Notes: generated by a model not told the origin, from the sequence alone. 64,000 nt of DNA from an uncultured Acidobacteriota bacterium (GCA_963778755.1 CAVZVJ010000002.1:118956-182955), one strand, 5' to 3'. Shown: positions 45,195-55,309, numbered from the stretch's first letter. Program-made: numbers and translations.

Positions 45195-47060
45195 AAGTGT
45201 GAGCCTAAACACCGACTCGCCGTCGTACTCGTAGGTGAGGTCGCCATCCATGACTCGGGCCAGACTTCTCGCCACCGCCAGCCCGAGGCCGACAGAGTTC
45301 GGGGTGTGCCCCCCATTGTCGGAGTGATCGAAGGGCTCGAACATGGTCTCCGCCCTGGAGGCCGGTATCGGCCCGCCCGAGTCGCGGACTTCGATGACGC
45401 CGGACCTGGCCGATGTGCCAACCACGACCCTGATCTGCTCACCGCCGTAGCGGATCGCGTTGCTGATGAGATTGCGAACGATCTGGGTGAGACGGGTCGG
45501 GTCGGCCCACACTGTCACATCGCCCTCCCACGCGATCCCCCGTGAAGCGCCCCGGCCTGCCGTTTCTGCCATATCCGCCAAGTGGGCGGTCACATCGACG
45601 TGGCCGAGGAAGATGTTCATGGTCCCGGCTTCGAGTCTGGTGACCGTCAAGAGGTCATCGACGATGCTCGAGATATCGGCCGACTGGCTGGCGATGAGCC
45701 TCACCAGGGAGCGAGCCTCGGCCGGCTCAAATCCATCCCAGGACTCTGCGAGCTCGGTGGCGAAGCCCAGAACCGCTGAAAGGGGAGTCCTCAACTCGTG
45801 GCTGATGCTGGCGAGGAAGTCCCTCTTCTCGTGGTCGAGGGCCTCCAATTCCGAAACCCGGACCTGGGCCAGCTCGGCCTCGCGTCGGGCTCGCTCCACC
45901 TGGAAGCGTGTGGCGCTGAGACGGGCTCGTTTCTCGGCCTCGTCGTTGTGCAAGGCCCCGTCGAGGCGGTGGAACTCTCGATAGGAGACGAGGGCCCCGG
46001 CGTGATCCCCAAGGGCTTCGAGAAGATCTGCCCGCACCGCCGCCGCTTTGGCAATGGCACGTTTCATGTCGATCTTCTCGCTCTTGGCGACTATTTGATC
46101 GAGCACCGAGGCAGCCTCGTCCAGCCGGCACGCCTCGATCAGCCATCCCGCCCGGTCGAGCGCAATTTCAATCGAAAGTTGGTCGAGGCCGCCCGCGTTG
46201 GCGGTGGCTTCGGCCTCGGCGGAGAAGATCAAGGCCTCGCTGCGGTGCCCGGCTGCGGCGTGGACTTGGGCCATCAGCGACTTGCCATAGGCCAGAGTGT
46301 GGCGACCGTCTTCACCCAACTCCTCCCCCCTCTGGACAATCTTGAAGACAAGGTCCCTGGCCCGTTCGATGAGAGCTTCGCGTTCGGAGCCCTCTGCGTC
46401 CTTGGCGAGAAGCAGAAGCTCGAAGCCTTGATTGATCTGGGCGGTGCCGATTCGAAGGGTGTCTCCGAGCGACGTATAGGCCACCTCGGCCTGTTCGAAG
46501 ATGTCGAGAGCTTCCCGGTGTCTTCCCTCGTGACTCAGGGCAATACCAGTGAGGTTGGTGAGGAGACCCATCCCCAGCTCATCGTTGACCAGCTTCAAGG
46601 GGGCGGCCGCGCGTTCCAGATACTCCAGGGCGGTGGCGCTGTCGCCAACGTCGCCATACAGGTCGCCGATCGCCATCAGAGAGTTGGCGACCCCTTGCAT
46701 GTCGCCTTCCAACTCGAAGTGAGCTCGCGCCGACAACTGGTCGTCAAGCGCCTCATCGAGCCGTCCGAGCGAGCTATAGGCCCAACCTCGGTTGTGCATG
46801 GCCCACGCCTGCCCGAGGGCATCGCCTGTCTCTTTGGCCAGTCTCAGGGCTTCGTTGGCTACCTCGACCGCCTCATTGGAGTCGTACTCGTAGAGAGCGG
46901 CGCACAACTCATTTAGGGCGGCCAGCCGTTCGGCGTCGCTGAGGGCGAAGTCAACTCGCCGGCGTTTGGTGGCCAGGGTGTCCATCGCAAAGAGAATCGT
47001 CAAGGAACCACGCCCACTTAAAGGTTCGTGGGGGGCGGCAGCACCGGCCGACCGGCCCAT
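45183..47060 (-). CDS. Cytoplasmic sensor histidine kinase with an N-terminal TPR-repeat sensor region (no TM segments)
   Basis: About 380 aa of TPR-like helical repeats, then HisKA (ASISHELRTPLSAV) and HATPase_c (NLISNAIRYGG ... GLGLAVARSL). The true start may be the internal ATG at about 46985 (MDTLATKRRR). No response regulator is adjacent. Confidence 0.8.
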   Translation of the reverse strand: MGRSAGAAAPHEPLSGRGSLTILFAMDTLATKRRRVDFALSDAERLAALNELCAALYEYDSNEAVEVANEALRLAKETGDALGQAWAMHNRGWAYSSLGRLDEALDDQLSARAHFELEGDMQGVANSLMAIGDLYGDVGDSATALEYLERAAAPLKLVNDELGMGLLTNLTGIALSHEGRHREALDIFEQAEVAYTSLGDTLRIGTAQINQGFELLLLAKDAEGSEREALIERARDLVFKIVQRGEELGEDGRHTLAYGKSLMAQVHAAAGHRSEALIFSAEAEATANAGGLDQLSIEIALDRAGWLIEACRLDEAASVLDQIVAKSEKIDMKRAIAKAAAVRADLLEALGDHAGALVSYREFHRLDGALHNDEAEKRARLSATRFQVERARREAELAQVRVSELEALDHEKRDFLASISHELRTPLSAVLGFATELAESWDGFEPAEARSLVRLIASQSADISSIVDDLLTVTRLEAGTMNIFLGHVDVTAHLADMAETAGRGASRGIAWEGDVTVWADPTRLTQIVRNLISNAIRYGGEQIRVVVGTSARSGVIEVRDSGGPIPASRAETMFEPFDHSDNGGHTPNSVGLGLAVARSLARVMDGDLTYEYDGESVFRLTLPLA

Positions 47061-47062
47061 TT

Positions 47063-47097
47063 CTCCCCCCAGCGAACGAAGTGAGCGTTGGGGGGAG
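47063..47097 (-). terminator. G/C-run hairpin (CTCCCCCCAGCG-11 nt loop-CGTTGGGGGGAG), a likely terminator of the upstream minus-strand operon
   Basis: 12-bp stem with one G-T wobble, about 65 nt downstream of the sarcosine-oxidase-like gene stop. Confidence 0.45.
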
Positions 47098-47162
47098 TAC
47101 CGCCGGAGGCGGGGAGGGGGGCACCACTAGCGCGAGACTTCGGCCGGCGACAAGCGCTGCCC

Positions 47163-48326
47163 TCAGACCATGTAGCTGCGGACAGGCTCTTTCTCGGTGA
47201 GAATCGCCCGGTCGGCCGCAAATGGGCCGATGTCGAGGTCGGTTTCACCGGTGAGCGCTAGATCCACCAGGATCCGCCCGATCAGAGAGGCGAATTTGAA
47301 GGCGTGGCCGGCGCCTATTGCGGTGAAGACGTTCTGACATCCGGGCACCCGGTCGACGACGAAATCCCGGTCCGGGGTGAGGGTGTAGAGACAGGTCTTG
47401 GCGAGGTGGATCCTGCCCGCGGCGCCAGGTAGATGGCTTGTCACAAAACCGGTGATCGCCTCGTTGACATCGATACGGGGCTCGAAGCTGCGCTGATCGG
47501 GGTCGGTCACGATCTCGCATCGATCCCAGGCGACTTTGACTGCCGGCTCGCCGAAGATGGGGAATCCATAAAAACTCGGCTCGTGCATCCAGATCCAGAT
47601 CGGGAACCGGCTCGGGTGAAAAGAGATGGGATCGATCGGCTCGAGGTACACCACTTGCTCCTGGGTCACCTCGAGTGGGAACTCGACGTCGAGATGGGAC
47701 AGGAGTCGATTGGTCCAGGCCCCAGCCGCGATCACCAGTTTCTCGGCCCGATAGGCGACACCACCGGCCACCACCTCAACTTCGCCTCCGGTCTCCTTGA
47801 TCGCTGTCACCTCGGCACTCTCGATGATCGTGGCTCCGTGTTCTCGGGCAAGCTTGCGATGTGCCGCGTTCGCTCGGGAGGCCATCGCAATTCCTGAACG
47901 GTCCTGATAGAGGGCCGTCACGTGGTCATCGAGTTTCCATTGCGGCCAACGACGCATTACCTCTTCGGCCGTCATCTCGTCGAAGGGCACGTTGGCTGCG
48001 GTCATAGAGGACCGATAGTCGTCGAGGCCGATTGAGGCGCCAGCCGGCGCCAGGTCGAGTCCCCCGGTGCGCAGGATCAATTGCTCGCCGGACTCGACCT
48101 CCACCTGTTCCCAGGCGGAGAATGCCGATTTTGCCAACTCCACGTATTGAGGGGTGTGATAGGAAAGGCGGATGATCCTGCTGTGATCCTCGGACCCGCC
48201 GTTGCCGTGACCCAGTTCAAACTGCTCCAGGGCGAGCACGGAGTCCCCGAGCACCCGCGATCCCCAATAGGCGACGGCGCTCCCAATTCCACCCACGCCA
48301 AGGACGATGAGACGGCGATCGGTCAC
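47163..48326 (-). CDS. FAD-dependent oxidase, monomeric sarcosine oxidase / N-methyl-amino-acid oxidase family (MSOX/SolA-like)
   Basis: LIVLGVGGIGSAVAYW is the GxGxxG motif. DHSRIIRLSY, the block HAFKFASLIGRILVDLALTGETDLDIGPF and overall MSOX collinearity are present. 387 aa. Confidence 0.8.
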   Translation of the reverse strand: MTDRRLIVLGVGGIGSAVAYWGSRVLGDSVLALEQFELGHGNGGSEDHSRIIRLSYHTPQYVELAKSAFSAWEQVEVESGEQLILRTGGLDLAPAGASIGLDDYRSSMTAANVPFDEMTAEEVMRRWPQWKLDDHVTALYQDRSGIAMASRANAAHRKLAREHGATIIESAEVTAIKETGGEVEVVAGGVAYRAEKLVIAAGAWTNRLLSHLDVEFPLEVTQEQVVYLEPIDPISFHPSRFPIWIWMHEPSFYGFPIFGEPAVKVAWDRCEIVTDPDQRSFEPRIDVNEAITGFVTSHLPGAAGRIHLAKTCLYTLTPDRDFVVDRVPGCQNVFTAIGAGHAFKFASLIGRILVDLALTGETDLDIGPFAADRAILTEKEPVRSYMV

Positions 48327-49429
48327 TGCAGCCCGAGATCACCCAAGTAGCGCCTGATGTCCATTGAGTAGTCCTCCATGGGGGCGTAGAAGCCGGTGGT
48401 AAACCTTCGTGATCCCATGCCCCTTTGCACCAACTGGCAGACTCGCCAGTCCTGCAGATTGACCATGTCCCAGAATTCGACTGCGTCCTCTGGGTCGAAC
48501 TCCGAGCGGCCGATCTCGTCGCGGTGGAAGAGGAAGTCGCACACGACGGTCGTCGAATCGGCGGCGTGGGGCCACAGGGTGAATGCCGCCACGTGATCGG
48601 CGGAGAGACTCAGCATCAAATTGGGATAGATCAGCTGTCCCTTGTGACGCTCCGCCTCCTCCGGGGAGAGCCCCGGGAAAGGCTGTCGGTTCGTGGTTCC
48701 GCTGAAAGTGAAGGTCCAGGCCCCTTCGCGATGCGGGATTCCCTCTTGCCAGTCGAGGTCCGAGCCACCTCGCTTCTTGAAGGCGGGGACCAGCTCAACC
48801 AGTTCGGGGTGCACAGGCCCACAGTGGTAGCACTCGTTGTAGTTCTCGACGATGGCCTTCCAATTGGCGGCCACCGGGTAAACGATTCTCACCACGGTGC
48901 GGAGATCGTCCAACGGGTAGTTGGCGAGATACGCCTCCGTTCCCTGGAACTGCTGGGCCAGGGGCGCCGCGGCCTCCGGGTTCAGATGAACCCAAAGAAA
49001 CCCTCCCCATGTCTCGACTCCGACGGCATGAAGCGGAAGATCCTCTTTGCGCAGCCCGTCGTCTTCCTCGAGAAACGGCGCGGCACGCAGCCGACCGTCG
49101 AATGAATAAGTCCAGGCGTGATACGGGCATTGGATCGATCCGCGAAACGTGCCGGTCGGCCCCAAGTCGACCTGTGCAGGTTTGCCTTCGGCCTCGCTGA
49201 GGACTGAGCCGCGATGACGGCATAGGTTCACGTATCCATGAAGACTGCCGTCGCGTGCCCTGGTGACGATGACGGACTCACGGGCCACCTGGCACACCAG
49301 ATGATCACCAGGTTCGGGAATCTCCTCGCTGCGGCCAACACAGAACCACTGGCTCTCGAACACCTTGTCCTGCTCCAGGGCGAACCACTCGGGCGCCACA
49401 TACCGATCGCGGGCCAGGGTGGGTATCAC
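48323..49429 (-). CDS. Rieske [2Fe-2S] non-heme-iron oxygenase, alpha-subunit family (GbcA/CntA-like demethylase-type)
   Basis: Rieske CRHRG ... CPYHAW, followed by the mononuclear-iron catalytic domain. 4-nt overlap with the downstream oxidase. Confidence 0.8.
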   Translation of the reverse strand: MIPTLARDRYVAPEWFALEQDKVFESQWFCVGRSEEIPEPGDHLVCQVARESVIVTRARDGSLHGYVNLCRHRGSVLSEAEGKPAQVDLGPTGTFRGSIQCPYHAWTYSFDGRLRAAPFLEEDDGLRKEDLPLHAVGVETWGGFLWVHLNPEAAAPLAQQFQGTEAYLANYPLDDLRTVVRIVYPVAANWKAIVENYNECYHCGPVHPELVELVPAFKKRGGSDLDWQEGIPHREGAWTFTFSGTTNRQPFPGLSPEEAERHKGQLIYPNLMLSLSADHVAAFTLWPHAADSTTVVCDFLFHRDEIGRSEFDPEDAVEFWDMVNLQDWRVCQLVQRGMGSRRFTTGFYAPMEDYSMDIRRYLGDLGLQ

Positions 49430-49474
49430 CTGGGTGAGATTACCTGAGCCGCCGTTTCGACCAGGTGGGCGGTC

Positions 49475-51397
49475 TCAGGCCCATTCCCTTGGGATTTCCT
49501 CCTCCCAGCGGCGCTCCCAGATCACCGTCCCGTCGTGAAGAGCTTTCAGTTCCACCTCGAGGTGAAAGGTGTTGGCGTCGGCGGTCATCTCCAGAGAGCC
49601 GATCGTCCCTACGTTCCAGCCGGGTCGTTCCAGGTGAATTTCGTTTTGGGACCAGACCCGCGTGCTGGCGGGATCGTCATCGGCCACCGTCACTTCCCAG
49701 TTCTGTCGTGAGTCATAGATCAGGTCTGCCCGCTCTGGCTGCTCTTCCCTGCTCGCGATGTCGCGGCGAAATTCGATCGTGTTCCCTTCGTGATTGATGG
49801 TCCAGGTCCGATCTGGGTGGGAGGCCAAGGTGGGCGGGGGCGGTGGGGGAGCCGATTCCGGCCAGTCCAGGTTGCGGGCGGGCGGGCGGTGAGGCACCAC
49901 CGGTAACAAGAGCCTGGATGCTTCCGGATTGACGGAAAGGGTGAACCGCTCACCCGGGGGCCAGACCACCGGGAAGTCGGCGCCGGCGAGGGCGAGACGC
50001 AGTCGCCAGCCACGGGGAATCACCGCCGAAGCTGCCAGAAGAGGGAAGCGGACCGTCATTGGAATCCCCGGCTTGACGACGACCGGAGTTGATAGATCGG
50101 TCGGAAATGCCAGATTGCGATTGCCGCGGCAGATGAGATGCGTGGCGTCCTCGGGGGAGATGGCGAGCAAGCGTGCGGTGACCACCCCCACGGCGCGATC
50201 CGAACTCACAGCGACTTCCACCTCCGGTGAGCCCAGGATCTCGATCGGCTCGGTCAGAGGGGCAGTCTCAAAGCAGAGCGACGCAGCGTCGTCCGCCGTC
50301 GAGCTCTGGCTGCCGATCCCGGCGCGGTCCCAGGCCGGGGCGTGACTGCCGACCCATTGCGGCCCGCTCCATTGCAGCTCGTTGTGCTCGAGCTCGTCGA
50401 GTCTGAGTTCGAGGTCGGTGCGGTCGTCGGGTGGCCATGACGGCTCCGCCCGCCAATACCCGGTGGCCCGAGCACCGTCATATGGCGGCTCGGTTCGCAC
50501 AAAAACCGCCGCCTGGGGAAGGTCCATGATCCCGTTTTGATCGCCTCGCAAGTGGTGTTCGAACCAGCGCGTCATGAGATCAAAGTGGTCGAGGGTGGGC
50601 GCCGGCACCCCCGTGGCGGGCCGGTAATGGCCCCAGGGGCCGATCACGGTCCTCGTCGGACAGGTGAGATGCCCGGCGAGCGCAAGCATCCCGTCCACGT
50701 AGCCGTCGATCCAGCCTCCTATCAAGAGAGTTGGGCACTGGATCGCGGTGTAGTCGGCACACGGCGAGCCATGAAGCCAATACGCGTCGCGCCTTTGATG
50801 GTGAAGCCACTCGAATGGCCATTGCGGTGTGCGCTCCAGCCGCTCCATCCACTCCTCGAACCAGCCCTCACCCACGATGTCCGGGTCCGGGGGGAGCCCG
50901 TTGAGCGCCACCATCGAAGTTGGCCAATCGGCCTGTTCGGCGGCATGCAACGACCCGCCCGTGTAGTGCACGTCGGACGCGAATCGGTCATGGGTGGCGT
51001 GCATCGGGACTATCGCTTTGAGCTCGGGGGGACGCAACATCGCGGTCTGCAGGGAGCTGAATCCTCCCCATGAGATGCCCCACATCCCGAGATTCCCGGT
51101 GCACCAGTCCTGGGCGGCAAGCCATCGCATGACTTCCAGCGTGTCGGCCTGCTCCTGACCCGTGTACTCGTTGTCGATTACCCCGTTCGAAGCGCCGGTT
51201 CCCCGGATGTCCACCCGAACCCCTGCGATGCCGTGGCTTGCCAGATACGCGTATGTCGACCAGTCCCGGGCTGTGCAGTCGTCGTCTTTGCGGTACGGCA
51301 GCGACTCGACCACAGCCGGGAAAGGGCCATCGCCGTCTGCATCGGGCTGGTATACGGTCAGTGCGACCCGGGTTGCATCCCCCATTTCAACGAACAC
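49475..51397 (-). CDS. CocE/NonD-family hydrolase (S15 Xaa-Pro dipeptidyl-peptidase-like alpha/beta hydrolase)
   Basis: RVALTVYQPDADGDGPFPAVV is the family N-terminus. GMWGISWGG is the nucleophile elbow GxSxG. A C-terminal beta-sandwich domain is present. The 838-aa track ORF has an about 200-aa spurious N-terminal extension overlapping the divergent amine-oxidase gene. The true start is GTG 51397 or ATG 51385. Confidence 0.75.
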   Translation of the reverse strand: MFVEMGDATRVALTVYQPDADGDGPFPAVVESLPYRKDDDCTARDWSTYAYLASHGIAGVRVDIRGTGASNGVIDNEYTGQEQADTLEVMRWLAAQDWCTGNLGMWGISWGGFSSLQTAMLRPPELKAIVPMHATHDRFASDVHYTGGSLHAAEQADWPTSMVALNGLPPDPDIVGEGWFEEWMERLERTPQWPFEWLHHQRRDAYWLHGSPCADYTAIQCPTLLIGGWIDGYVDGMLALAGHLTCPTRTVIGPWGHYRPATGVPAPTLDHFDLMTRWFEHHLRGDQNGIMDLPQAAVFVRTEPPYDGARATGYWRAEPSWPPDDRTDLELRLDELEHNELQWSGPQWVGSHAPAWDRAGIGSQSSTADDAASLCFETAPLTEPIEILGSPEVEVAVSSDRAVGVVTARLLAISPEDATHLICRGNRNLAFPTDLSTPVVVKPGIPMTVRFPLLAASAVIPRGWRLRLALAGADFPVVWPPGERFTLSVNPEASRLLLPVVPHRPPARNLDWPESAPPPPPPTLASHPDRTWTINHEGNTIEFRRDIASREEQPERADLIYDSRQNWEVTVADDDPASTRVWSQNEIHLERPGWNVGTIGSLEMTADANTFHLEVELKALHDGTVIWERRWEEEIPREWA

Positions 51398-51509
51398 CCG
51401 GCGATCGATCCGGACCGGGTATTCGGGTGTCGGCTCTGGCACGGCGGGAGGGTAACCGCTGGGCCTTGGTGCCGGGCCGGGATCGAAAGGGCCGTCTACT
51501 GTCGGACGA

Positions 51510-52706
51510 ATGTCGCCCTCCAGCCGGGTCGCGGTAATAGGTGCCGGCTTCGCCGGGCTCGCGGCTGCTCGCGCCCTGGCCGATGCGGGCTGCGATGTGA
51601 CCGTGCTCGAGGCGAGGGACCGTGTCGGCGGCAGGGTCTGGTCGATTGCCCTGGACAACGGTGAGATCGTCGAGATGGGCGGCGAGTGGATTGCATCCGG
51701 CCAGGAGGCCGTCCTTTCCCTCGCGTCGAGGCTCGGGGTGGGCCTTGTCGATCCCGGTATCGACTTCGTGACTCGTGATCCAGTTGGGGGAGAACCGATC
51801 CCGCTTGTCGAGCACCAGAGAGTGAATCGTGTGCTTGCCGACCTGCTCGCGACCACCCCAACAGCCACTTTGGAGAACATGACGGCGGCCGACCTCTTGA
51901 CCCCACTGGCCGACGGCAGCCCGGCATCACTCGTGCTGCGATCTCGACTGGAAGGCACGATGGGTGCTCCCCTCGAAGAGGTGGCGGCCACCGAGGTCGG
52001 CCCCGACTATGGATTTGGCGAGCACTCCTACTACCGGATCGCTGGCGGCAACGCCACCCTTGCCGAGGTGTTGGCAGAGGGCCTCGACATCCGTTTCGGA
52101 TCTGAGGTGCTTTCTGTGTCCCAGAGGAGGGGCGGCCTGATCGTCACCACCCACGGCGATGAGCTCGCGGCTGAGATCGTGGTATTGGCTGTCCCGCTGC
52201 CGGTCCTGCAGCGATTCGAACTCGACCCGGCTCCGTCAGTCGTGGGCCCTGCCCTCAAGGCGCTCCGAATGGGGTCGGCGGCCAAGGTTGCCATGGCGAC
52301 CAAGACGCCGCCGCCTCTGTTCCGACGTCAGGACGCCGACATTCCCGCCTGGTATTGGTCCGGCCTCGCCGCCGACGGATCGATCCGTAACGCAGTCACC
52401 GGTTTCGCCGGCTCAAAGCCGGGAGCTGAGGCTCTGATGGCCGATCCGGCGACGCGTTTGCGCCAGGCCGTTCCTGAAGTGGAGCTATTGGGCGATCCGA
52501 CCGCTTTTGATTGGAGCGCCGATCCCCTCACTGGCGGCTGCTACTCCGTGCTCGGTCCGGGGCAGCGGAGCCTTCTCGGTGTCTTTCAGCATCCTTGGGG
52601 TCGGATAGTGGTCGCCGGCGAGCACACCAATGGCTCCGGTTCGATCGATGGAGCGATTCGCAGCGGGCAGGCCGCTGCCGAGATGGCCCTGGATCTGTTG
52701 CTATGA
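51510..52706 (+). CDS. Flavin-containing amine oxidase (FAD, MAO/putrescine-oxidase-like)
   Basis: VAVIGAGFAGLAAARALADAGCDVTVLEARDRVGGRV is the dinucleotide-binding plus GG motif of the amine-oxidase family. 398 aa. Confidence 0.85.
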   Translation: MSPSSRVAVIGAGFAGLAAARALADAGCDVTVLEARDRVGGRVWSIALDNGEIVEMGGEWIASGQEAVLSLASRLGVGLVDPGIDFVTRDPVGGEPIPLVEHQRVNRVLADLLATTPTATLENMTAADLLTPLADGSPASLVLRSRLEGTMGAPLEEVAATEVGPDYGFGEHSYYRIAGGNATLAEVLAEGLDIRFGSEVLSVSQRRGGLIVTTHGDELAAEIVVLAVPLPVLQRFELDPAPSVVGPALKALRMGSAAKVAMATKTPPPLFRRQDADIPAWYWSGLAADGSIRNAVTGFAGSKPGAEALMADPATRLRQAVPEVELLGDPTAFDWSADPLTGGCYSVLGPGQRSLLGVFQHPWGRIVVAGEHTNGSGSIDGAIRSGQAAAEMALDLLL

Positions 52707-52751
52707 CCCGTCCGTCTAGATTCCGAGGCGTACCAGCAAGGAGTCAGATAA

Positions 52752-54032
52752 TTGAGTGAGGCGGACGCCTACAGCCAGACCATCAAAGAGCTCTCCGATC
52801 GCATCGTTGAGGCACAACGCCCGATACGAGTCCTAAGCGCCATCAACTGGGACGATGAGATAAGGAAGGGCTTCTTCGACTCAGGGTTCAAGGAGCAACC
52901 GAAGGTCGATCGCGCTTACTACGAGGCGAAGGACATCCGCCTCGACCCGATTGCGACCCGGTCCGAGCTCAGGGTCATCCAGGGGGAGATCCTGTCCCGT
53001 CTGGGCCCCGTGGCGCCGGCTTCGGTGATGATGCGGTTCATGTGTGAGCAGTATCTCCAGGTCGTCGACTTGCTTGAGAGCCGGGGAACCGAGCAGTTCG
53101 CCCAGCTCAGCGGTCTGCTCTATGGCACACCCAATGACGTGTTTCATGCGGGAGGGCCCACCATCGCTGATCTGGCCGGGCAAATGAGGCACATTCTCGA
53201 AGGGCTGGCCGGGAAGATCATGGAGATGGAAGACGAGCGCTCCATCGACGGCACCACTGCGGTGGGGATCCTTCAGGCCCAGCTGGACAAGTCTATGGGC
53301 CCGGGCAAGATCGACGTCAAGGCCGACGACGGGATTGCGGCCGATGCGGCGGCCGGCGCCGACTACATCAAGCTCCACGAGGACAGGTTCTTCTCGCAGC
53401 GCGACCTCGACCTGTTGGAGGCCCACGAGGGGTGGGTGCACGTTGGGACCACTCTCAACGGCCTTGCCCAGCCGGTCTGCACCTTTCTCGGGAAGGCGGC
53501 GCCCCGCTCCACGGTCACCCAGGAGGGTCTGGCGGTCCTCACCGAGATGATCAACATGAGAAGCCATCCCCGGAGGTTGGCCAAGCTGATGCATCGCATT
53601 GAGGGCATCAAGATGGCCACCGAGGGGGCAAGCTTCGTCGAGGTCTTCGAGGCCTTGCGCACTGACGGTTTGAGCGAAGACGAGACGTGGTCTGCGGCCC
53701 ATCGGATCTTCAGAGGCAGCCTGCCCGACGCCGGGCCGTTCACCAAAGACCTCGGTTACGGCAAGGGATTGGTCCTGACGCTGCTCTATGTCAGGCTCGC
53801 AATTCAGACCGGAAAGGCGCACCGCATTCCACTCCTGTTCTGCGGGAAGGTCGACCTCCTCGACATGGCGGTTCTCCACCAGCTTGAAGAAGAGGGCCTG
53901 GTCGAACAGCCGGAATTCGTCCCACCGCCGTTCAATGACCTGCCTGCGCTCAGCGTCGCGTTGAGCCTCGGGGGGTTCATGGCCAAGCTCGATTGGACCA
54001 GGCTCGAAGCGGACTATTCGAGTCTGATCTGA
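52752..54032 (+). CDS. QEGLA-motif protein (DUF1704 / MATCAP-like putative metallocarboxypeptidase; 'flavohemoglobin expression-modulating' family)
   Basis: TQEGLAVLTE contains the family-defining QEGLA motif. Has HEGWVHVGTT (HExxH-like). 426 aa. Confidence 0.65.
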   Translation: MSEADAYSQTIKELSDRIVEAQRPIRVLSAINWDDEIRKGFFDSGFKEQPKVDRAYYEAKDIRLDPIATRSELRVIQGEILSRLGPVAPASVMMRFMCEQYLQVVDLLESRGTEQFAQLSGLLYGTPNDVFHAGGPTIADLAGQMRHILEGLAGKIMEMEDERSIDGTTAVGILQAQLDKSMGPGKIDVKADDGIAADAAAGADYIKLHEDRFFSQRDLDLLEAHEGWVHVGTTLNGLAQPVCTFLGKAAPRSTVTQEGLAVLTEMINMRSHPRRLAKLMHRIEGIKMATEGASFVEVFEALRTDGLSEDETWSAAHRIFRGSLPDAGPFTKDLGYGKGLVLTLLYVRLAIQTGKAHRIPLLFCGKVDLLDMAVLHQLEEEGLVEQPEFVPPPFNDLPALSVALSLGGFMAKLDWTRLEADYSSLI

Positions 54033-54058
54033 CGGTCCCGGCGGTACCGTGACCGCCC

Positions 54059-55309
54059 ATGTGGGCCAATCGAGATGTCAGACGGGTTGTCACCGGTCGG
54101 TTCATTTCCCGTGTCGGGGGAGAGGCGGCCTTTTTCGTCGGGATTTGGGGCAAAACCGCCTTCGAATTGGACGCCTCGGCTTCGGGCGTGGCCGCGGTTA
54201 TGGCGGCTCTTGGCCTGGCATCACTGATTGGGTCGGCCATAGCTGGAGTTCTGGTCGATCGATACGACCCGCGCCGGGTCTTGATCTGGGGCGAGTTGCT
54301 CTTCATCCCGGTGGCGCTCTCGCTGGTTTTCGCCAACACGATTCCCACGATGGTGATGGCCACCTTCGCCCTCGGCCTGGTCGGAACCCCGGTTTACACC
54401 GCAATCGCATCTTTTGCCCCATATCTGACCGACGATCCGGAGCAGCTGGCCAAAATCAATGGCTATATCGAGGGGGCTTCTTGGGCGGCCTTCGTCGTCG
54501 GCCCTGCCCTCGGTGCACTGATGACCATCACCGTCGGCCTCAATGGGATCTTCGTCCTGGATGCCGCTACCTCTGCCATCGCTGCGGTGTTGATGATCCC
54601 GGTGAAGGTCCGCAAACTGGCCAAGAAGGATCGGGAAGGGTCTCATGGGATTCAAGAGCTGCGTGAGGGGTTCCGTTTCTCCTACGGGAGCCGGCGCCTG
54701 CGCTTCTACCTGATCCTCGGCTCCCTGGTCTGGATCCTTTTCGGGACTTTCAGCGCGCTGGAGCCACTCTTCTATCGGGACGTCCTTGGGGTGCAACCGG
54801 AAACGATGGGATGGGTCAACTCGTTGTTCGGCATCGGGCTCGTCACCGGCACTTTGATTTCGTCGCGGCTGCCGGCCCGTCTCAGAACGGCTCGCACGAT
54901 GGTGGTCCTGGTCGCGCTCAACTCCGTTGGTGACCTCCTCTACATCGGCACCGACCGGCTTCCGGTGGTTGTAGCGGCCGGAATGACGTGGGGGGTCGTG
55001 ATTGGAACTATGGCCCCGCTCCTCAGGACCATGATCCAGATCAATTCGCCCGACGATCTCGTTGGACGCATCACCGGCGTTTCCCAGGTCCACTCCGAGG
55101 TGGCCCACCTCCTACCCCTTGCCTTCGCGCCCCTACTGGCAGCATCGTTCGGGGTGCAGCCCTCACTGATGATGGCCGGGGGCTTCGTCGGGTTGCTCGC
55201 TCTGTGCTTCTATCCCGAAGCCCGCAAGCTCGATCGCGCCAAGGAGGTCGCAGTGCCCCGACCCGGGCTCCCTGACCCGAGCACCGAGCCGAAGTCAGTC
55301 CAGCACTGA
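54059..55309 (+). CDS. MFS transporter
   Basis: 12 TM segments. 416 aa. Confidence 0.85.
   Translation: MWANRDVRRVVTGRFISRVGGEAAFFVGIWGKTAFELDASASGVAAVMAALGLASLIGSAIAGVLVDRYDPRRVLIWGELLFIPVALSLVFANTIPTMVMATFALGLVGTPVYTAIASFAPYLTDDPEQLAKINGYIEGASWAAFVVGPALGALMTITVGLNGIFVLDAATSAIAAVLMIPVKVRKLAKKDREGSHGIQELREGFRFSYGSRRLRFYLILGSLVWILFGTFSALEPLFYRDVLGVQPETMGWVNSLFGIGLVTGTLISSRLPARLRTARTMVVLVALNSVGDLLYIGTDRLPVVVAAGMTWGVVIGTMAPLLRTMIQINSPDDLVGRITGVSQVHSEVAHLLPLAFAPLLAASFGVQPSLMMAGGFVGLLALCFYPEARKLDRAKEVAVPRPGLPDPSTEPKSVQH

Noticed and set aside
45183-45545. Plus-strand ORF 45165..45545 (126 aa) and others antisense to the TPR histidine kinase
   Set aside because: They overlap the kinase gene, start with TTG and have no domain signal. 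While checking this region my hand-counted coordinates disagreed with the ORF track by +/-1 nt, so coordinates of non-coding features near 45115-45200 carry that uncertainty.
51398-51991. About 200-aa N-terminal extension of the CocE/NonD ORF (track ORF 49475..51991) overlapping the amine-oxidase gene
   Set aside because: The extension is Ser/Pro/Arg-rich and overlaps a strongly supported plus-strand gene. The family N-terminus (RVALTVYQPD...) begins near 51385-51397, so the upstream part is an ORF-caller artefact.
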